From: Coprobacillaceae bacterium
Lineage (GTDB): Bacteria > Bacillota_I > Bacilli_A > Erysipelotrichales > Coprobacillaceae
Assembly (NCBI GenBank): GCA_963675515.1
Contig: OY776328.1
Coordinates: forward strand, 2,190,001 to 2,222,000
DNA: 32,000 bases
Direction: 5' to 3'
Shown in pieces: positions 25,905-32,000 of the stretch. Position 1 is the first letter of the stretch, and each line of letters opens with the position of its first letter. A program made the translations under genes and the position numbers. The notes below the pieces were generated by a model, which was not told the DNA's origin, did not search any database, and worked only from the letters and a program-made list of their open reading frames with translations.

Positions 25905-27326
25905 CTATTCACCTCTTTGATAAACAATGTTGCCGTCAAGATCGAAAACCACGGTGTCGCTCCCGTACAGAAAACCATCGAGGTAGACAACTTCTCCTTC
26001 GTAGTGGAGGATTTCCGTACCTTCGGCCATGTCATATACATAGTATACCCCAGCTTTGGCAAAAACACCAATCAAGTGATCACCGTCACGATAAATCTCG
26101 CCACTGCCCACAAATGTTTCATCTATAAGCAAAGCTCCCCCCGGTGACATGACCTGGTAGCTGGTATTGTCGCTATAGGCTGCGTAGTAACCCGGCGATA
26201 TTATGCTTATGGCTTCCTTGTTCGAAATCCGGACATTGCCATCCTTGTCGATCAGGGCATATTGGCTGTCTCGTCTGACAATTGCGACGTTGTCGCTTGT
26301 AAATGGCGAAACCTCGTCATAGAAATCCATGATTGCCTGTTGGCCATCGTAATCGTAATACGTGAACCCCTGATCGCGGACATATACAGGAACCAGTCCA
26401 TTCACGCTCAAGCTGCCATAAGGAGCCAGCTGAATGTCATTGACCTCAACCACCACCCCGTCATGATAGAACTGATGGGGTCCGTACACCTTGCTTGTGT
26501 TCTTGATCACATATGAGCCGCTGTCATAATAGTAGCTGTTGAGATCTACAAGCAATCCATTGTCGATATCGACAATGATATTGTCGGTCGACTCAACCAG
26601 AATCAGGTTTCTGTTTTCATCAAAATAGCAGCGGTCAAAAACGCATACCATATCGCAGACAATGACACCGGTCGGATCAACCACAACCATCCGGCGGTTG
26701 GACTTGTCATACAAAACATCGCCAACTATTTCATTTGAAGCCACGACTTCAAAACTTCCCAACACACCCAGATCGAGTAAATTATCGGGGTTGTCATAAT
26801 CCAGGACTATATTCCCGGAACTTCGCGAGACGTAAAGATCGTCATCGCTTAAAGAAATGTTTTCGATTATCTCATCACTCGAGTAAAGCGTTGTTCCCGT
26901 CTGTGAGATTATTGTCGACTCATTATTCTGGGTTACCACAAAAAGATCGTCAACCATGATTTCAACGCCGTCGCCCGATTGGTAGACAGTCTTGCCATCC
27001 TGATTGTATATCGTTGTCACTCCATCGTCATTTTCCCCGGTTGTAATCGCGAAAAGCTGCCCTACAACCTTCAATTCACCAAGTTCAAACCGGCTGATGA
27101 TTTTGCCAGATTCATTTATTAATTCGATATTTTCTTCACTTATTCCAACGTAATTGCTTTTAAGTTTATCTAATTCTATATATTTAAAATCAACAAGCAT
27201 GTCACCGTCGCCATCGACAAGTGCATGAAGGCCGAGATTGTTTTCAATAATTATATCCTTATTTTCATTGCCAGAACATCCTGTAAGCAAAAAACATACC
27301 GATAAAGTCAGTATAATTTTCTTCAT
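25905..27326 (-). CDS. lipoprotein with repeated WG-repeat-like beta motifs
   Basis: The signal peptide and lipobox read MKKIILTLSVCFLLTGC|S. At least 8 copies of a hydrophobic-(D/N)-x-x-G-x-x-hydrophobic motif occur (LINESGKII, IYNQDGKTVY, VVDPTGVIV, ALIDKDGNV, VFDLDGNIVY...). RBS AAGGAGA. Confidence 0.8.
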   Translation of the reverse strand: MKKIILTLSVCFLLTGCSGNENKDIIIENNLGLHALVDGDGDMLVDFKYIELDKLKSNYVGISEENIELINESGKIISRFELGELKVVGQLFAITTGENDDGVTTIYNQDGKTVYQSGDGVEIMVDDLFVVTQNNESTIISQTGTTLYSSDEIIENISLSDDDLYVSRSSGNIVLDYDNPDNLLDLGVLGSFEVVASNEIVGDVLYDKSNRRMVVVDPTGVIVCDMVCVFDRCYFDENRNLILVESTDNIIVDIDNGLLVDLNSYYYDSGSYVIKNTSKVYGPHQFYHDGVVVEVNDIQLAPYGSLSVNGLVPVYVRDQGFTYYDYDGQQAIMDFYDEVSPFTSDNVAIVRRDSQYALIDKDGNVRISNKEAISIISPGYYAAYSDNTSYQVMSPGGALLIDETFVGSGEIYRDGDHLIGVFAKAGVYYVYDMAEGTEILHYEGEVVYLDGFLYGSDTVVFDLDGNIVYQRGE

Positions 27327-27628
27327 TCACATTCTCCTTAAAACAAAAGTTATTATAGCACGGCTGGAAAAAATAGACTATAGCTAAATTGTTGTAAATT
27401 GTGTGAATTATGGGAAAATTGGCGCGAAACGGGTGCCTGGACACGGTTTCAAGACCATCATATTTTTTTGGTTTTTTTCATACATTCGAACATCTATGGC
27501 AATACTGACCAAGGCTGCTCAATGGGACAACATCCTGGCAACAGAACAGATCAACACTCACTTTTTCCTATAATTACGGTAGGATTCCCAGCACACCATA
27601 ATACCTGAATATGAACAATCAACCATTA

Positions 27629-27696
27629 AAAAATCATACCCAACAACTTCCAGGCGGTACACTGATGTTCCCTCCTGGATTTTCGGTATGATTTTT
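27629..27696. other. nested hairpin (12-bp outer stem, 6-bp inner stem) with U-runs on both strands
   Basis: AAAAATCATACC (27629-27640) pairs with GGTATGATTTTT (27685-27696). Inside, TCCAGG (27649-27654) pairs with CCTGGA (27674-27679). It may be the terminator for the 27760 gene or a structured RNA. Confidence 0.5.
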
Positions 27697-27759
27697 ACAC
27701 AACCTTATCAGATTGTTTTATTTATTCAATTTTTGGACAATTTTGATGCTTATTGAATA

Positions 27760-28491
27760 TCAGTAGTCCTCCATGTAATACAATACTTCACTATTTTCAA
27801 AACTGATTGCAGCCAATGAAAATCTTGCGTGATTGTTATAGCCACCCCTGACAGGCTCGCTGTAAAAAAGATAGATAAACAAATCGGATGGGACCTCATC
27901 TTTTTCCATCAGCCACCTGAAATCCAGGGTATCCAATCCATTGGTCACACATTCTTCGTCATTCGGGGTTCCAGACCAGATTGCGGCAGTTGAAAAATTG
28001 TCGGCTAACCCCTTGAGCTCTTCACTGGATGTTTGATAATCCAATATCAATTCTTCATCCGCCTGCATGAATGCCGGATTATACCTGAAATTGATTAACT
28101 TGTAAGCTTCAGGCATCTCCCCAGGAAAGTTTTGCACCAATTCGTAATCAGGATACCCAACCACGTCCATGACCCTTTCATACTTTGATATGTCGCTTAT
28201 GGACGCAGTGGCCTCATCGAAGGTAATAAATAAAAAGTTGATCGGCATGACCACCACGGAAAAAACGAATACAAGCATTGTAAAAACATTTGTGAGTTTT
28301 TTCCCAATTGTTTTCCTGTTTTCCAGCAGGGATATTCCTAAAAACGCAACAAAAGGTATGGCAAAAACCAGACCTTGAATGTAATCAGGGTCAATCGATG
28401 AAAACACATAATATCCAAATACAAGTACGAAGCAAACAAATGATGAGACCGTCAAAATATTTAGCAGTGATATGGCTTTTTTGTTTTTCAT
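27760..28491 (-). CDS. hypothetical membrane protein (3 N-terminal TM helices plus an approx. 150-aa soluble domain)
   Basis: 243 aa with RBS AGGAGAAAG. Hydrophobic segments lie at residues approx. 8-30, 38-56 and 66-90. I recognise no motif in the C-terminal domain. Confidence 0.65.
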   Translation of the reverse strand: MKNKKAISLLNILTVSSFVCFVLVFGYYVFSSIDPDYIQGLVFAIPFVAFLGISLLENRKTIGKKLTNVFTMLVFVFSVVVMPINFLFITFDEATASISDISKYERVMDVVGYPDYELVQNFPGEMPEAYKLINFRYNPAFMQADEELILDYQTSSEELKGLADNFSTAAIWSGTPNDEECVTNGLDTLDFRWLMEKDEVPSDLFIYLFYSEPVRGGYNNHARFSLAAISFENSEVLYYMEDY

Positions 28492-28533
28492 TTTCTTTCT
28501 CCTATATAATTGGAAAAATCAAGGTGGGTGAAA

Positions 28534-29589
28534 TCACTTGACAAGCTGGACTAGTATCGGGATCTTGAATCTTCTTATCATCCAGATCGATCCAAAGGAG
28601 CAGGCGAATACAAGCACGAAAGCAAGAGTGTTGGTATCGGTTATATCAAGCATACCGAATAGTTTTTCAAACAGGATTAAAAAAAGCCCGTGAATGAAAT
28701 AGATGCCGATTGAATAGTAAAGAAAATCGAATGATTTCAAGATCCTGATATCGGGATTGCATTGCAGCAAAAATCTGAAGAGGAAGTAAACTGCCGGCAG
28801 CATCATCAGGTACATGTCGACATCGCCAAGGATTCCGGTGCACTTCAATGCATATACCTCGACAAACATCAACCACTGGCAGATCAGGAAAAGTACCAGA
28901 TTAGTACGCCTTGAGAGCTTACCTGGATGAAATTTGATGACTGCCCCGAGCATGACAAAAACAAAGGAAAACAGTAGCCCGTTCCTGGTTGTGAACATGA
29001 TGTCGAAATACACGTTGTAGACAGGACCGACGAGCGGGTTATCCCTGAAAAGCCCGTAATAGGAATTGCCCGAAAGTCCAATCAGGTAAAACCCGCCGGC
29101 CAGGATTAGAAAAAGCTTAACTTTATCATAGCGTATTGCCACATACAACAAGGATATTGCCAGCATCAAAGCTGGGATGTACCAGAGATGGAAATGCGAA
29201 CCGAAAAAGAAAAACAGGACCAGATATTTGAGGATGGCGTCAATCACATTGTTTGAATGGAAGAAGACAACCGGGCTATCCTGATAGTTCAATATATACA
29301 AAAAATCGTAGACGAAGTAAACGAGACTCCAGCCAAGATAAAGGATCAGCAGGCGCTTCAAATAGCCAAGAAAATAGTCTTTCTTGTTCGCTGTCGATGC
29401 AATCCTATGAGTGAAAAAATATCCGGCACTCACGCAAAAGAAGGGAACCGCGATTCTTGCGACAATATGGACGATGGCAAAACGCAGATCGGGACTGTAT
29501 TCCATGAAAACATTCGTATGGACACCAATCACCATCACCGCGCACAGGAATTTCATTAAATCCACACTATAATATTTATTTTCCATCAT
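28534..29589 (-). CDS. acyltransferase family 3 (AT3) integral membrane O-acyltransferase
   Basis: Start at MMENKYYSVDLMKFLCAVMVIGVHT (ATG 29589), preceded by GGGAGGGG. It has the AT3-type N-terminal His motif and about 10 TM segments. No SGNH domain is fused. Confidence 0.85.
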   Translation of the reverse strand: MMENKYYSVDLMKFLCAVMVIGVHTNVFMEYSPDLRFAIVHIVARIAVPFFCVSAGYFFTHRIASTANKKDYFLGYLKRLLILYLGWSLVYFVYDFLYILNYQDSPVVFFHSNNVIDAILKYLVLFFFFGSHFHLWYIPALMLAISLLYVAIRYDKVKLFLILAGGFYLIGLSGNSYYGLFRDNPLVGPVYNVYFDIMFTTRNGLLFSFVFVMLGAVIKFHPGKLSRRTNLVLFLICQWLMFVEVYALKCTGILGDVDMYLMMLPAVYFLFRFLLQCNPDIRILKSFDFLYYSIGIYFIHGLFLILFEKLFGMLDITDTNTLAFVLVFACSFGSIWMIRRFKIPILVQLVK

Positions 29590-29829
29590 AGATGACCCCT
29601 CCCATCGGCAAATAGATTTGCGATACAATCTGTAATAAAACCCGCATCTATTTTATACATGATAATATTTTCTCATATCAAAGTCAATGAAATGAGAGAA
29701 AGGGATAGCTGATTGGACAGCCAAGCCGGCAAATAGTGGTGCCCAAACTGACGCAATTAGGATATTGAATGTTCGTCAAGCTCATCCGGGATTGGTATAA
29801 TTAAAACATATTATAAGAGGAGATTGACG

Positions 29830-30774
29830 ATGAATATAAGAGGAAACAAAGTAGTTATTGTCGGAGCCGGCATAGTCGGAAGCGCGGTTGGGTACTCCCT
29901 GGCGGTTCAGGAAGTGTGTTCTCAAATTGTTTTCGTGGATGTCAACAAGGAAAAAGCCTATGCGGAGGCGCTGGACATCAGCCATGGCACCCAGTACCTG
30001 AACCGCAATGTCAGGGTCAGAAGCGGTAATTATGATGAGTGTTGCGACAGCGATATCGTCGTGATCACTGCGGCATTGCCTACAACCGGAGCGGACCGCT
30101 TGAAAATGCTCGCAAAAAACATCGACATCACCAGGGAAATCGTAAAAAATGTGATGGCATCCGGCTTTGACGGGATGTTTGTGGTGGTCTCAAATCCAGT
30201 GGACATCCTGTCATATGTGGTCTATGAGGAGTCGAAACTGCCCAAGGCCCAGGTTATCGGGAGCGGAACCGCGCTGGAGACAGCCAGGCTGCATATGATC
30301 CTGGGAAGTGCGATCAAGGTTGATCCCCGCAGCGTCGAAGCATACGCCATTGGCGAACACGGCAATTCGATGCTGATTCCCTGGAACAGCGTCCGCATCG
30401 GGGGAAAAGACATCCAGGACATCATGGCTGACAACGCAGAGCTTTTCAGCGGGCTTGACAAAGAGAAACTTCAAAGCATGACAATTCAAGCCGGCTATGA
30501 AGTCTTCAACCGGAAAGGGTCGACTCAATACGGAATCGCCTCGACCACCGCGGCGATAATAAAGGCAATCTTGCGGGATGAGAATTGCATAATCACCGTC
30601 TCGACTTTGCTCGACGGGGAGTACTCAAACAGCGGCATGTTCGCCGGAGTACCCACAGTCCTGGGAAAAGAGGGGGTTGTCGACCTGGTCAACTTGAAAC
30701 TGACCGCCGATGAACAGAAGGACTTTGACAGATCGATCGCACTTTTAAAGGAGACCTACGCAAAGTTCATATAG
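29830..30774 (+). CDS. ldh: L-lactate / L-2-hydroxyacid dehydrogenase (LDH/MDH superfamily)
   Basis: ATG 29830 lies 9 nt after AGAGGAG, whereas the track uses TTG 29824. Contains the Rossmann motif KVVIVGAGIVGSA, the catalytic IGEHGNS, and TAR. The substrate loop is atypical (see findings). Confidence 0.8.
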   Translation: MNIRGNKVVIVGAGIVGSAVGYSLAVQEVCSQIVFVDVNKEKAYAEALDISHGTQYLNRNVRVRSGNYDECCDSDIVVITAALPTTGADRLKMLAKNIDITREIVKNVMASGFDGMFVVVSNPVDILSYVVYEESKLPKAQVIGSGTALETARLHMILGSAIKVDPRSVEAYAIGEHGNSMLIPWNSVRIGGKDIQDIMADNAELFSGLDKEKLQSMTIQAGYEVFNRKGSTQYGIASTTAAIIKAILRDENCIITVSTLLDGEYSNSGMFAGVPTVLGKEGVVDLVNLKLTADEQKDFDRSIALLKETYAKFI

Positions 30775-30798
30775 ATCGCAGCTTGCTGCGATTTTTTC
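30775..30798 (+). terminator. rho-independent terminator of the dehydrogenase gene
   Basis: ATCGCAG (30775-30781), loop CTTG, CTGCGAT (30786-30792), then TTTTTT. Confidence 0.8.
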
Positions 30799-30859
30799 TT
30801 ATCCGACAATTCCAGTGCCATCAAGGTCAAGACCGTTGTCATGAAAATATTCTACAATC

Positions 30860-30884
30860 AAAAAAAAAAGAGCTTGCGCTCTTT
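30860..30884 (-). terminator. rho-independent terminator of the 71-aa gene
   Basis: On the reverse strand AGAGC-GCAA-GCUCU is followed by a U-run of about 10 (RC of the A-run at 30860-30869). Confidence 0.75.
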
Positions 30885-31100
30885 TTACAGATATAATGCT
30901 TCTTCGTTCTTTACAGTCTGACCATCTTTGAAAGTGGCCACATAATAAACCGCCGCCATCTCAGGTTTGAAATAGATTTCCAAAGATTCCATCTTAGTGA
31001 CTTTGTACCCTTGTTCCTTCAATTCTTCCCTTACTGCTTTTTCAATCTCTTTTACTTCGCTGTTTTTCTCATTGAATTGGACGTTGATTGTTGTTGTCAT
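30885..31100 (-). CDS. hypothetical 71-aa soluble protein
   Basis: A strong RBS, AGGAGGG, lies 7 nt before the ATG, and the gene has its own terminator. The protein has a Lys/Glu-rich helix (EVKEIEKAVREELKEQGYKV) followed by beta-like segments (LEIYFKPEMAAVYYVATFKDGQ). I recognise no family. Confidence 0.65.
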   Translation of the reverse strand: MTTTINVQFNEKNSEVKEIEKAVREELKEQGYKVTKMESLEIYFKPEMAAVYYVATFKDGQTVKNEEALYL

Positions 31101-31134
31101 AAATATCCCTCCTGGTATTTTAATTCATAATGAA

Positions 31135-31163
31135 AATATAACACAGTTATAAAAAGTATACAA
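31135..31163 (-). promoter_or_regulatory. candidate promoter of the 71-aa gene
   Basis: Reverse strand reads TTGTAT (RC of 31158-31163), a 17-nt spacer, then TGtTATATT (TATATT = RC of 31135-31140). Confidence 0.45.
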
Positions 31164-31480
31164 ATAAATTTAAAAAGTTTCTTTAAAAATTCTTAAATTG
31201 GTAAAAAAACACGATAAATACATGTGATATTTATAAATTATATCAAAAATTTCACCAGTGTTTTAAGAATCAAATTAAAGCAATATGTGAATATACAGTG
31301 TTTTCAATTATAATGATGCACAATTTTTATAACTCATATAAACTTTTTTGTGGAGTTATTTATGTTTTTTAAGAAAACATAAAAAGTTTTTTGAACTTTT
31401 CGCAAAAATTTTTTAAAGTGTGGCAAAACTTTAATAAATTAAGTGGCCGTCCCTGCATCCACAACATTCAAATCGGCAAA

Positions 31481-31516
31481 AAAGCAAAAAAAGATGGGAG
31501 CAGATATGCTTCCATC
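31481..31516. terminator. terminator after typA (hairpin usable on both strands)
   Basis: GATGGGAGCA (31493-31502) pairs with TGCTTCCATC (31507-31516) around a 4-nt loop. The reverse strand is followed by UUUUUUUGCUUU and the forward strand by a TCAGTTTTTC tail. The stem has one A-C mismatch on the reverse-strand RNA, which is a G-U pair on the forward-strand RNA. Confidence 0.65.
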
Positions 31517-31526
31517 TCAGTTTTTC

Positions 31527-32000
31527 TTATTGGAATTTTCCACGCGCATGTTGCTTTCTCAACTGTTCAGTCAAGTAGCGTTTTCTCAGGCGGATATTTT
31601 CTGGAGTAACCTCAACCAATTCGTCATCGTTGATGTAATCCAGGCAGGCTTCCAGGTTGAACTGGCGTGGCTTTTTCAATACGACAGTAGAGTCCTTCGA
31701 AGAAGAACGGGTATTGGTAAGCTGTTTACCTTTTGTGACATTGACAACCAGGTCATTGTCACGTGAATGTTCACCGATGATCATACCTTCGTAAACCTCA
31801 ACTCCAGGGCCTACGAACATAACCCCACGTGATTCAACTGAACCCAGGGCATATGCGGTGGTCTGACCGTTGTCGATCGAAACAAGGACACCAAGCTGGC
31901 GTTCACCAACGGTTTCCCCTTCCATTTCGCGGTATTCCAGGAATGAATGAGAAATGATTCCGTATCCTTTTGTCATTGTCAGGAAGTTGGTCATGAAACC
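31527..32000 (-). CDS. typA: translational GTPase TypA/BipA, C-terminal part (gene continues past the right edge)
   Basis: The frame stays open to position 32000. The sequence ...VYEGMIIGEHSRDNDLVVNVTKGKQLTNTRSSSKDSTVVLKKPRQFNLEACLDYINDDELVEVTPENIRLRKRYL is the conserved BipA C-terminal domain. Confidence 0.9.
   Translation of the reverse strand, partial: GFMTNFLTMTKGYGIISHSFLEYREMEGETVGERQLGVLVSIDNGQTTAYALGSVESRGVMFVGPGVEVYEGMIIGEHSRDNDLVVNVTKGKQLTNTRSSSKDSTVVLKKPRQFNLEACLDYINDDELVEVTPENIRLRKRYLTEQLRKQHARGKFQ

Noticed and set aside
27399-27608. 69-aa forward-strand ORF in the 27.3-27.8 kb gap, and a 26-codon ATG frame at 27611.
   Set aside because: Neither has a Shine-Dalgarno site, both have an implausible composition (His/Trp/Cys-rich), and neither has a downstream partner on that strand.
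31101-31490. Replication origin or DnaA-box cluster in the AT-rich spacer, and a 19-codon hydrophobic frame (ATGATGCAC..., 31314) as a type I toxin.
   Set aside because: Only one imperfect DnaA-like box (CATCCACA near 31455) is present and dnaA/dnaN are not nearby. The 19-codon frame has no RBS and no obvious antisense partner.
1-32000. Mobile elements, CRISPR arrays, tRNA/rRNA genes and known defence systems (RM, TA, Abi, CBASS, retron and similar).
   Set aside because: Intergenic regions are short and are explained by promoters and terminators. There are no repeat-spacer arrays, no transposase, integrase or reverse-transcriptase ORFs, no cloverleaf-like sequences, and no nuclease/ATPase pairs beyond the housekeeping genes comFA and mfd.

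Overview
This is a chromosomal, mostly housekeeping segment of a Bacillota (Firmicutes)-type genome. Supporting signs are GGAGG-type Shine-Dalgarno sites, TGnTATAAT extended -10 promoters, TGA used as a stop codon, and pth-mfd and comF/degV/yigZ synteny as in Bacillus. I support 28 CDS. Left to right they are: a partial XRE regulator (-); a Y-family DNA polymerase plus a coupled 89-aa orphan (+); thiW-thiC behind a TPP riboswitch (-); a Cof-type HAD phosphatase (-); comFA-comFC (+); a ClC channel with an RCK_C tail (+); degV (-); yigZ plus a 151-aa unknown (+); pulA-pth-mfd (-); a membrane-anchored alpha/beta hydrolase (+); pgm-glgB-glgP (-); ptsH and ybaK (-); a lipoprotein plus a membrane methyltransferase (-); an AT3 acyltransferase plus an unknown membrane protein (-); an LDH-family dehydrogenase (+); a 71-aa orphan (-); and the 3' end of typA/bipA (-). 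I found no tRNA, rRNA, CRISPR array, transposase, integrase or recognisable defence gene. No clearly novel multi-gene system is demonstrable from sequence alone. The best leads are four. First, the XRE / Y-family polymerase / 89-aa orphan cassette, which has three GCAACTT repeats on its divergent promoters. Second, the AT-richer envelope block at 24.9-29.6 kb: a WG-repeat-like lipoprotein coupled to a membrane methyltransferase, and AT3 plus an unknown membrane protein. Third, the 433-nt non-coding gap inside that block, which carries a nested hairpin. Fourth, the 71-aa orphan next to an extremely AT-rich 0.4-kb spacer. All functional calls come from motif recognition by eye. No database search was run.
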